From positions 1 to 48,153 of the forward strand of contig CALISP010000015.1 of the NCBI GenBank assembly GCA_938041705.1: a stretch of 48,153 nt of DNA. The letters run 5' to 3'. Shown here piece after piece: positions 29,480-37,889 of this stretch. The first letter of the stretch is position 1. Every line of letters starts with the position of its first letter. The stretch comes from an uncultured Cocleimonas sp. Its GTDB lineage: Bacteria > Pseudomonadota > Gammaproteobacteria > Thiotrichales > Thiotrichaceae. The notes under the pieces are model-generated. The model was not told the DNA's origin, searched no databases, and saw only the letters and a list, made by a program, of their open reading frames with translations. The position numbers and the translations under genes are program-made.

Positions 29480-29536
29480 CCTAAAAGTGGGGGGGTGTCT
29501 TTTTATAATAATAAAAAGACACCCCCTACTTTTAGG
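29480..29536. repeat. Inverted doublet of GACACC-repeat cores forming a long hairpin
   Basis: CCTAAAAGTGGGGGGGTGTCTTTTTAT-AATA-ATAAAAAGACACCCCCTACTTTTAGG between convergent genes. Confidence 0.9.
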
Positions 29537-29541
29537 CTGTT

Positions 29542-31080
29542 TTATAGCAGTACCACATCAAACTGTTCTTGCGTATATAGAGATTCCGCTTGAAAGCGAA
29601 TCGGAACACCGATAAATTCTTGGAGTTCTGCCAAGCTATCAGATTCTTCATCTAAGAGTAAATCTGTAACATCTAGCGAAGCTAACACTAACAATTCACG
29701 TGCATCAAATTGACGTGATTCTCGTAAAATCTCTCTAAATATTTCATAACAAACAGTAGTCGCTGTTTTGATATAGCCACGTCCTTCACAGGTCGAACAT
29801 GATTCACATAGAATATGTTCCAATGATTCACGAGTTCTCTTTCGCGTCATTTCAACCAAACCTAACGATGATAAAGTCGTCACTGAGGTTTTTGCAGAAT
29901 CACTTTCTAAGGCTTTTTCTAACGCAGCCGTCACTTGTTCTTTATGCTGTTCTTGTTGCATATCGATAAAATCTAGAATGATTATTCCGCCTAGGTTGCG
30001 CAAACGAAGTTGCCTAGCGAGTGTTTGTGCCGCTTCAAGATTAGTCTTAAATATTGTCTCTTCTAGGTTTCGATGCCCAACAAATCCGCCTGTATTAACA
30101 TCGATTGTAGTCATCGCTTCTGTTTGATCAATGATCAAATAACCGCCTGACTTTAGCGTAACTTTTCTCTTTAAGGATTTTTGAATTTCTTCTTCTACAG
30201 AATGAATATCGAAGATTGGGCGTTTACCTTCGTAAAGCTCAATCTTATCAGTGAGTTCAGGAATAAAAGTGTTTGAAAACTCGAGCAAGTTTCTATACGT
30301 AGTACTTGAATCAACTTGAATCGATTCGATATCTTCAGCGACAAGATCACGTAATACTCTTTGGACTAACGGTAGATCAGAATAAATCTTACGTGTTTCT
30401 GTTTGTAAATCAGAGGCATCATTTACCTTTTTCCATAACTTACTTAAAAAGGAAATATCAGCTTTTATAGCATCTTCTCCAATACCTTCTGCGGCCGTTC
30501 TAGCGATGTAACCAAATTTACCTAATTTACTAATCGCATTTGGGGAAACTTCTTCAGTCAGTAATTCAGCTTCTTTCTTATCTTCTTGTCTGCCACTATC
30601 TATAATATCTTTGAGTCGCTTGCGCTCTTCATCATCATCTATTTTACTGGAAACTCCGATTGTTTCAGTATCTGGCATTAATACGACATAACGTGAAGGA
30701 ATCGTTACATGCATCGTTAAGCGAGCACCCTTAGTACCTAAAGGATCTTTTATCACTTGAACGAGGACATATTTTCCTTCATGTAATAGGTGTGAAATTG
30801 GAGGTTGCTTGATTTCTTCATCAGGCTCATCGCCATTGAATAGTTGTGCCTTAGGAAAACGCAAATCAGAAGCATGTAAAAATGCCGCTTTTTCCTGACC
30901 TATATCGATGAAAGCCGCTTCCATGCCAGGTAATACACGACAGACTTTTCCCTTATAGATATTACCTACAATTCCTTGACTCGAGCTGCGCTCTATCATC
31001 AATTCTTGCAAGATACCGTTTTCTAGTAACGCAACTCGAGACTCCTGAGGCGTTACATTTATTAGTATTTCTGCACTCAT
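29542..31080 (-). CDS. rng: Ribonuclease G
   Basis: GNIYKG.V.RVLPGM.AAF, KDPLGTKGARLT, DQTEAMTTIDVNTG, RLRNLGGII..DFIDM. Confidence 0.96.
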   Translation of the reverse strand: MSAEILINVTPQESRVALLENGILQELMIERSSSQGIVGNIYKGKVCRVLPGMEAAFIDIGQEKAAFLHASDLRFPKAQLFNGDEPDEEIKQPPISHLLHEGKYVLVQVIKDPLGTKGARLTMHVTIPSRYVVLMPDTETIGVSSKIDDDEERKRLKDIIDSGRQEDKKEAELLTEEVSPNAISKLGKFGYIARTAAEGIGEDAIKADISFLSKLWKKVNDASDLQTETRKIYSDLPLVQRVLRDLVAEDIESIQVDSSTTYRNLLEFSNTFIPELTDKIELYEGKRPIFDIHSVEEEIQKSLKRKVTLKSGGYLIIDQTEAMTTIDVNTGGFVGHRNLEETIFKTNLEAAQTLARQLRLRNLGGIIILDFIDMQQEQHKEQVTAALEKALESDSAKTSVTTLSSLGLVEMTRKRTRESLEHILCESCSTCEGRGYIKTATTVCYEIFREILRESRQFDARELLVLASLDVTDLLLDEESDSLAELQEFIGVPIRFQAESLYTQEQFDVVLL

Positions 31081-31161
31081 GATACTTCCTAAAATTTTAA
31101 ATTCTTTTACTTATATTCATGTTTATTATCAATAACAAACATGAGTAAGCGAACAACAGAT

Positions 31162-31734
31162 CTAAGTTTCTATGTTATTTAGCAAATCTGCTGTTTCAAA
31201 TAAGGGTAATCCCATTATGCCTGAATAAGAGCCTTCAATGCGTTCAATGAAGGCAGCTGCTAATCCTTGTACAGCATAAGCGCCTGCTTTGTCTTGTGGT
31301 TCTCCAGTGTCCCAATAATCTTTAATTTCAACTAATGATAACTGACGAAACAACACTCTATTGCGATTTAGACAATGCACTGTTTCACCATTGTAACTTA
31401 ATGCAACCGCAGATAAAATTTCATGCCAATTTCCAGACATGCTCGAAAGCATTAGTTTTGCATGTTCAAAATCACGAGGTTTTACTAATAATTCGTTATT
31501 CAACACACCTAGAGTATCTGCGCCCATTACTGGTAAGTTTTGAGTTAAATGAATAGGCACAGCTTGTGATTTTTCGATAGCTAATCTTTGTACCAAAATT
31601 TCTGGTGATTCATCGACTAAGCAACTTTCGTCAATATCGACGGCGTGTATCGTATATTTAACACCAATTTGGTCAAGTAGTTCCGCCCTACGAGGTGACG
31701 CAGAAGCTAATATAATCTCAGGATAATCATTCAT
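31162..31734 (-). CDS. maf: Maf/YhdE nucleoside triphosphate pyrophosphatase
   Basis: ILASASPRR.ELL, ADT, KP, GEP.DKAGAY..QG, GSYSG.MGLP. Confidence 0.95.
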   Translation of the reverse strand: MNDYPEIILASASPRRAELLDQIGVKYTIHAVDIDESCLVDESPEILVQRLAIEKSQAVPIHLTQNLPVMGADTLGVLNNELLVKPRDFEHAKLMLSSMSGNWHEILSAVALSYNGETVHCLNRNRVLFRQLSLVEIKDYWDTGEPQDKAGAYAVQGLAAAFIERIEGSYSGIMGLPLFETADLLNNIET

Positions 31735-31795
31735 TTCGTAAAGTCATTATTAAGTTAGTTTCTACGATCATGTTTAATACGACCAAGAACGATGA

Positions 31796-32269
31796 TTAGC
31801 CGGCCCTATGATAAGGATGGTTTTCAGTCACAGTAAAGGCTCGATAAATCTGTTCAGCAAGCACCACACGAACTAAAGGATGTGGGAAAGTTAAAGCAGA
31901 TAATGACCACTTCTCTTGTGCCATTTGTAATAACTCATGGCTAAGACCATCTGGACCACCGATAATCATTGCAACATCTTGGCCACCCATCATCCAATCT
32001 TGCATTCTAGTGGCGAGTTTTTCCGTACTCCATGATTGCCCTTTCACATCTAAAGCAACCACGCGACAGTTGTTTGGAATTGCCGCTTTTATCTTTTCAC
32101 ACTCTTTATTTGTTATGGCGTCTATATTACTATTTTTCATGCGCTTTTCAGCTGGAATTTCTTTTAATACTAAAGCACATTTAGCAGGTAAACGTTGCGC
32201 ATACTCTTGATAACCTTGCGTTACCCAATTAGGCATTTTTGTTCCAACAGCGATCAAGAAGATATTCAT
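31796..32269 (-). CDS. rlmH: 23S rRNA m3Psi1915 methyltransferase
   Basis: AVG.KMP.WV, IGGPDGL, SLS.LT.PHPLVR...EQ.YRA...HPYHR. Confidence 0.96.
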   Translation of the reverse strand: MNIFLIAVGTKMPNWVTQGYQEYAQRLPAKCALVLKEIPAEKRMKNSNIDAITNKECEKIKAAIPNNCRVVALDVKGQSWSTEKLATRMQDWMMGGQDVAMIIGGPDGLSHELLQMAQEKWSLSALTFPHPLVRVVLAEQIYRAFTVTENHPYHRAG

Positions 32270-32370
32270 TAAGTTTATATAAATTCTCTAATGTTGATTG
32301 TTATAGCGGATATAGGAAATATAGAGTTAACACGATGAAATAAATCTATAAAGGTATATTCAGGACTAAT

Positions 32371-32393
32371 AAAAAGACACCCCCCTACTTTTT
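32371..32393 (+). repeat. GACACC-repeat core copy
   Basis: AAAAAGACACCCCCCTACTTTTT between rsfS and rlmH. Confidence 0.88.
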
Positions 32394-32425
32394 ACCACTA
32401 TTGCTTGTTGACTAGTACTTGTTAA

Positions 32426-32794
32426 CTAACCCTTATCAGAAATAGCTTCTTCAACAGATTGATCAGTAGCATCGTCAGCGGCCCAAAGTTTCTCAAGAGC
32501 ATAAAACTCACGAGTACTTGCTAACATCACATGTACGATAACCGAATTTAAATCTACCAATACCCATTCAGCACTGCCTTTTCCTTCTGTGCCGATAACA
32601 TCTGCTTTTGCCGCTTTAGCATCAACCACTACACTTTCTGCAATAGATTTAACATGGCGAGTAGAGTTGCCAGTAGCGATGTATAAGATATCTGTCATTG
32701 ATGACTTTCCGACAACGTCTAGCTTAACGATATCTACAGCTTTCATATCTTCTAAACTGTTTTGGACTAAGTCACTTAATTCATTCATTTTCAT
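32426..32794 (-). CDS. rsfS: Ribosome silencing factor
   Basis: LEDMKA.DI, ATG.S.RHV, EWVLVDL, RE.Y.LEKLW. Confidence 0.95.
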   Translation of the reverse strand: MKMNELSDLVQNSLEDMKAVDIVKLDVVGKSSMTDILYIATGNSTRHVKSIAESVVVDAKAAKADVIGTEGKGSAEWVLVDLNSVIVHVMLASTREFYALEKLWAADDATDQSVEEAISDKG

Positions 32795-32864
32795 ATTTAC
32801 AATTCTGTTTTAGTTTTAATTGGTGTTGCTTGTTTGGTTAGTATAGTGAGCATTAAAAGCGGCA

Positions 32865-33527
32865 TTATGACCAACTTTCATAAAGATTATGCTTTTTTAT
32901 ATATTTAATCACTTTCTTAGGTGTTAAATAACAACAACTTTTGCCTTCATCTATCTGATTTCTAATAACTGTTGCGGAAATATCTAATTGAGTTACATCA
33001 CAGAAAAAGACTTTCCCAAACGCACTTTCATGTAATTCACTGACATCATTTGTGAGTCTTTGTTGCAGCCAGTCTTGTGACACCTCTTCATTTTCCCTGT
33101 TTTCGGTAGCAGAGTATCCAGGACGTGAGGCTACAATCAAATGTACAGTATCGAGAATTTTCTCCCAATCACGCCAACTAGTGAAGGATTGAAAAGCATC
33201 CATGCCAACAATCATTCCTAATGATTCAGATTCTCCTATTTCATTACGAATAGAGCGAACCGTATTAATCGTAAAAGAAGCTGTTTGATCTTTAGCCAAG
33301 CGATGATATTCGCGTTCATCTATCACAAATTTGGGATACACTTTAATCGCGCGTTTTACCATATTTAAACGATGTTCGGCACTTGCTTCTGGTTGCCAGC
33401 GATGCGGTGGTTTCGCACTGGGAATAAAACGTAACTCTGTTAACGAAAGCTTCTCAACAATGTCTACAGCGGGACGTAAATGTCCGAAATGTATAGGATC
33501 AAACGTCCCTCCGAGAATCGCAATCAT
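32865..33527 (-). CDS. nadD: Nicotinate-nucleotide adenylyltransferase
   Basis: GGTFDPIHFGHL, PPHR, G.DAF..F..W, DISAT.IR. Confidence 0.95.
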   Translation of the reverse strand: MIAILGGTFDPIHFGHLRPAVDIVEKLSLTELRFIPSAKPPHRWQPEASAEHRLNMVKRAIKVYPKFVIDEREYHRLAKDQTASFTINTVRSIRNEIGESESLGMIVGMDAFQSFTSWRDWEKILDTVHLIVASRPGYSATENRENEEVSQDWLQQRLTNDVSELHESAFGKVFFCDVTQLDISATVIRNQIDEGKSCCYLTPKKVIKYIKKHNLYESWS

Positions 33528-33554
33528 GATATTTTTAAACGAGATAAAATGTAT

Positions 33555-34826
33555 TTAGCTGCGTACATGACCATCTCCAAATACTACGTATTTCAATGAA
33601 GTCAATCCGATCAAACCAACAGGACCGCGAGCATGTAATTTATCCGTACTAATTCCAATTTCAGCACCTAAACCAAATTCAAAACCATCTGCGAACCGAG
33701 TAGAGGCATTAACCATTACTGATGCTGAGTCAACCTCACGCATAAAACGACGAGTCTTAGTCACATCTTGAGTAATGATACTGTCAGTGTGTTGTGAACT
33801 GTACTGGTTGATATGTTGAATAGCTTCATCCAGTCCTTCAACAACCTTAATAGCTAATATTGGTGCTAAATACTCAGTATTCCAATCTGCTTCTGTAGCT
33901 GCATTACATTCGATGATGGCTTGTGTTTGCGCACAACCACGAAGCTCAACCCCTTCTTCATCAAATAATTGCTTTATATGAGGGAGTAATTCAGATGCTC
34001 GTGATTTAGCTACTAGCAAGGTCTCTAACGTATTACAGGTGCCGTAACGATGACTTTTAGAATTAAAGGTTACATTTAAGGCCTTTTCTGCATTCGCATC
34101 ATCATCAATATAAACATGACAAATACCATCTAAGTGTTTGATAACAGGTATTAATGAATCCTTAGAAACACGTTCGATCAGGCTTTTACCTCCACGCGGT
34201 ATGATCACATCGACATGGTCTTTTAAACGCAATAATTCACCCACGGCTTCGCGATCTGTGGTTTCCACAACCTGTACACATTCAGCAGGTAATCCCGCAC
34301 TTGCAAGACCTGCTTGAATACATTTAGCGACCGCTTTATTTGAGTGAATCGCTTCAGAACCACCACGTAAAATTGTTGCATTACCTGATTTTAAACATAG
34401 GGCTGCGGCATCTGCTGTGACGTTTGGGCGGGATTCGTAAATGATACCAATCACTCCCAATGGCACGCGCATTTGACCGACTTGAATACCCGTTGGCATA
34501 TATTTTAGATCAGTAATTTCTCCGATCGGATCAGATAAAGCAGATATTTGACGCAGGCCTTCTGCCATTTTATCTATACTTTCATTGGTCATAGATAAAC
34601 GATCAAGCATTGCAGCATCTAGACCTTTTTCTTTACCTGCATCTAAATCCTTAGCATTCTCTATTTTCAACGCTTCGCGTTGTGTAATCAATTCATCTGC
34701 AATCGCAAATAGTGCATCGTTTTTAATTTTTGCTTCGACAGCAGCTAATACAGCTGATGCCTTGCGCGCTTTTTCGCCAAGTTCAGTCATGTAGCTTTGA
34801 ATATTTTGGTTTGTATCTTGTGTCAT
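33555..34826 (-). CDS. proA: Gamma-glutamyl phosphate reductase
   Basis: [55 protein letters not shown]. Confidence 0.97.
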   Translation of the reverse strand: MTQDTNQNIQSYMTELGEKARKASAVLAAVEAKIKNDALFAIADELITQREALKIENAKDLDAGKEKGLDAAMLDRLSMTNESIDKMAEGLRQISALSDPIGEITDLKYMPTGIQVGQMRVPLGVIGIIYESRPNVTADAAALCLKSGNATILRGGSEAIHSNKAVAKCIQAGLASAGLPAECVQVVETTDREAVGELLRLKDHVDVIIPRGGKSLIERVSKDSLIPVIKHLDGICHVYIDDDANAEKALNVTFNSKSHRYGTCNTLETLLVAKSRASELLPHIKQLFDEEGVELRGCAQTQAIIECNAATEADWNTEYLAPILAIKVVEGLDEAIQHINQYSSQHTDSIITQDVTKTRRFMREVDSASVMVNASTRFADGFEFGLGAEIGISTDKLHARGPVGLIGLTSLKYVVFGDGHVRS

Positions 34827-34887
34827 ATTATTTATGTTTTAAGCGATATGCTTGTATTCGTGTTAATTATTAAATGAATAAATAGGT

Positions 34888-34910
34888 TAAAAGTGGGGGG
34901 GTGTCTTTTA
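34888..34910 (-). repeat. GACACC-repeat core copy
   Basis: Minus strand TAAAAGACACCCCCCCACTTTTA, 16 nt after the holA stop. Confidence 0.88.
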
Positions 34911-34926
34911 AAATACTAATAAATGA

Positions 34927-36024
34927 CTAAACAGCTTCACTTATCATTAATTCAGTTCCCGCCAACATTAAAGCCAATTCTAACAACTCTGACCAGACTC
35001 TGCCCAATCCTTTATTCGCTATTTCGCCTTGGCCTTTAGACAAGCGATCAATATCGCTATTCTTTTTGAGAATCACAGACCAATTTGCTGATTGCATCCG
35101 TGTTAAGGCTATTTGAAAGGGACGTTGTCTTGGTCGTGCCATTTTTGCTACTACTTGGGATGCAGTCATACCGTTTCTAATTTGAAAACTAGCATTATAA
35201 AGCTGACGACTTAAATCACTCAAGGTCCATAAAATCAATTGAATCGGTACACCCTCTTCTTTTAAATTATGATGAATGTGCTGTACTCGAGGTAAATCAC
35301 CTGCCATGACTGCATTAGATAAGTCAAATATCGAGAATCGTGAGCTATCACTAACCGCCGCTAATACCTGTTCTTCATCGATCAGCGTTTCTGTTTGTGT
35401 TGTTTGAGATTGAGGCTGAGAATGACCACCCTCTTGGAATAAAAGTTTAAGTTTATTAATCTCCTGGTATGCCGCCAATAAATTACCTTCGACACGTTCC
35501 GTTAATAACCTAACTGCATCAGGAGTAGCGCGCATTCCCAATTGCCTCATTTTTTTACTAATCCAAGCCATTGTTTGTGGTGCAGATAATTCCCACACTT
35601 GAATTACAACACCTTGCTTGTCAATAGCTTTAACCCATGCTGCATTGCGCGCAGCACCTACTAATTTAGGAGTTTGAATCAATAATATTTTGTCTTCAGG
35701 TATATTATCCATATAGTCACGAATTGCCTGACTACCTGCTTTGCCTGGTGTTTTCATTTCTATACGTAAATCAATTATCTTCTTTTCGCTAAATAACGAC
35801 AAGCTGCTAGAAACGCCAGTTAACTCTCCCCATTTGAAGGAGCTGTCAGCATGTAATACTTCACGCTCGCTATAACCATTATTTTGAGCATGAGCACGAA
35901 CCGCATCAGCGGCTTCCATTAATTGATAGGGTTCATCGCCCGTTAGTAAAAACACTTGAGGTGAATTTACCTTACTCCCATTTTGCTGGAGGAATGAAGC
36001 TAATTGGTCTGAATTTAATTTCAT
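34927..36024 (-). CDS. holA: DNA polymerase III delta subunit
   Basis: L.GDEP, SLSLF, RVEGNLLAA.QEI.KL, SRFS.FDL; upstream of proA-nadD. Confidence 0.92.
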   Translation of the reverse strand: MKLNSDQLASFLQQNGSKVNSPQVFLLTGDEPYQLMEAADAVRAHAQNNGYSEREVLHADSSFKWGELTGVSSSLSLFSEKKIIDLRIEMKTPGKAGSQAIRDYMDNIPEDKILLIQTPKLVGAARNAAWVKAIDKQGVVIQVWELSAPQTMAWISKKMRQLGMRATPDAVRLLTERVEGNLLAAYQEINKLKLLFQEGGHSQPQSQTTQTETLIDEEQVLAAVSDSSRFSIFDLSNAVMAGDLPRVQHIHHNLKEEGVPIQLILWTLSDLSRQLYNASFQIRNGMTASQVVAKMARPRQRPFQIALTRMQSANWSVILKKNSDIDRLSKGQGEIANKGLGRVWSELLELALMLAGTELMISEAV

Positions 36025-36321
36025 AATGTGATCATACCGTAATGACTCGTTAATAAAGAAGTCATAAAACAGAGTATTATTCTTCCATAATCAGTGTTCA
36101 ACAGAAAAAGGCTACCGTTTATTCTATAAGTCATAACCAAAATAGCATTGTTTCAATCTATACTACCCAACAGTACCGAATCGCAAGCTTATTACGAGAA
36201 ATATCAACAGAAACAACCATTATTCCAGCTATAACCCTGATCAACATAGCTTAGATAACAGTTTGTTAAACGATTCAACTTAATGATTTATCGAATTAAA
36301 AGATTATAAAGGAATATTTTC

Positions 36322-37728
36322 ATGAACATGACTAAACTCTCTGTTTCAAGCATTGTTCTTGCTGCAGCACTATCTGGCTGTAGTCAGCAACAAGTTATTG
36401 GTGGCTCACAAGTAATCAACGGCTCTGGTGGCTCTCAAGCTTCAGGACATTCGCAAGTATCTGGTAGTTCCCAACAACAAGTTGAGAGTTCAATGCCTGT
36501 TATTGCAGCAACTCCTGTTGTTACACCTAGACCTGTTGTAAAACGTGCACCTGTTCGTGTTTATAATAAGCCACAAGTTAAGCGAGTTGTGTCAAAACCA
36601 AAAATGACACATTCAGTTCGACGTGGAACTGGCTTACCACCAGCTAAACCAGGTCAATGTTTTGCGAAAGTGAAAACAGCACCTAAATATATTACAAAAT
36701 CCAAACGCGTATTTATCCAAGCAGCATCATCTAAACGTGTTTTAGTAAGAGCACCACAATATCGTTGGATCTCTAAGAAAGTTTTAGTACGTAAAGCTCA
36801 ATACATAAATCGTACTATACCTGCACAATACCGTAACCAGACTAAGAAAGTTCTTGTCAGACCTGCATACAACACATGGAAAAAAGGCCACGGTGCAATA
36901 ACTCGCATCGATAATATGACAGGTCAGATCATGTGCCGCGTAACTGTTCCTGCACAATACAAAAATGTGACTAAACGTGTTCAAGTTAGAGCAGTACAGA
37001 AGGTACGTAAATTTATTCCTGCAGTTTATAAAACAGTTAAGCAAAAGCAACGTGTTTCAGGTGCAATATACAAAACAGTTAACCGCCCTGCTCGCTATGC
37101 TACCAAGAACTACAGAGTTAAAGTAGCTGGTGCACGTTACATATGGCGCCCAGTACTATGCGCAACTAATGCACCAAAGAACTACAAACATAAATCAAAT
37201 CACCGTAAAGCTGCAATAGTGCAGAAACCAGTAAAGCGAGCTCATAAGCAACATTACAAACGATCAGCAGCTGGAAGTGCAGGAATTTCTTACGCACAGT
37301 ATTTAGCAGTAATGAATGCACCGTTAAAGTCTAAATCTAGTCATAAAAAGGCGACTAAGAAAAAAGCAGCAAAGAAAATGATGCCTAAACAAGAAGCTCC
37401 TAAAGCAATGCCTAAGCAAGCTGCTCCAAAAGCTTCATCTGAGATAAAGATGGCACCAAAAACTGATGCACAATCAGTGAAAGCATTAGTTACAGATAAA
37501 ACAGTAGCATCTGCACCAAAAAAGAAAGATAACAAAGCTGAGATCCAACAGAATATCGTTTACGGAATTCAAGCTGCTCTTAAATCAAAAGGTTTCAACC
37601 CTGGTAAACTAGATGGCAAGATGGGCGCTAATACTGCAAAAGCATTAAAAGCATTCCAAAGCTCTCGCGGTTTACCTGTTGGAGTTCTATCGAAAGATAC
37701 TTTCCGTGCACTTGGCTTAGTAAAATAG
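36322..37728 (+). CDS. Lipoprotein with basic PAxY(K/R) repeats and C-terminal peptidoglycan-binding domain
   Basis: Lipobox LSGC; PPAKPGQCF; repeated (V/I)PA.Y.. units; C-terminal IQAAL..KGF.PG.LDG.MG..T..AL..FQ...GL. Confidence 0.82.
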   Translation: MNMTKLSVSSIVLAAALSGCSQQQVIGGSQVINGSGGSQASGHSQVSGSSQQQVESSMPVIAATPVVTPRPVVKRAPVRVYNKPQVKRVVSKPKMTHSVRRGTGLPPAKPGQCFAKVKTAPKYITKSKRVFIQAASSKRVLVRAPQYRWISKKVLVRKAQYINRTIPAQYRNQTKKVLVRPAYNTWKKGHGAITRIDNMTGQIMCRVTVPAQYKNVTKRVQVRAVQKVRKFIPAVYKTVKQKQRVSGAIYKTVNRPARYATKNYRVKVAGARYIWRPVLCATNAPKNYKHKSNHRKAAIVQKPVKRAHKQHYKRSAAGSAGISYAQYLAVMNAPLKSKSSHKKATKKKAAKKMMPKQEAPKAMPKQAAPKASSEIKMAPKTDAQSVKALVTDKTVASAPKKKDNKAEIQQNIVYGIQAALKSKGFNPGKLDGKMGANTAKALKAFQSSRGLPVGVLSKDTFRALGLVK

Positions 37729-37789
37729 ATTAGTTCGTATGATTTGGTTTGTCTAAGTTATATAAAACTTAGTTAAAGTCGATTAAATT

Positions 37790-37825
37790 AAGCCTGTAAA
37801 AAGTCACTTTTTTACAGGCTTTTTT
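37790..37825 (+). terminator. Intrinsic terminator
   Basis: AAGCCTGTAAAAA..TTTTTACAGGCTT followed by a T-tract. Confidence 0.85.
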
Positions 37826-37889
37826 GTATCTGAAAAACACCTAAGCCATGTTATATTAGCGTCACTAATTTGTTTTCAAGGAATGACAC

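Noticed and set aside
29480-29536. Repeat as a DNA-uptake sequence (AAAAGTGGGG resembles the Pasteurellaceae AAGTGCGGT; inverted pair acting as terminator)
   Set aside because: I saw no copies inside coding sequence, and several copies carry a long homologous body, unlike DUS/USS. Not excluded without a genome-wide scan.
32371-34910. Facing repeat copies as ends of a composite transposon
   Set aside because: They enclose core genes rsfS-nadD-proA in their normal order; no transposase or target duplication seen.
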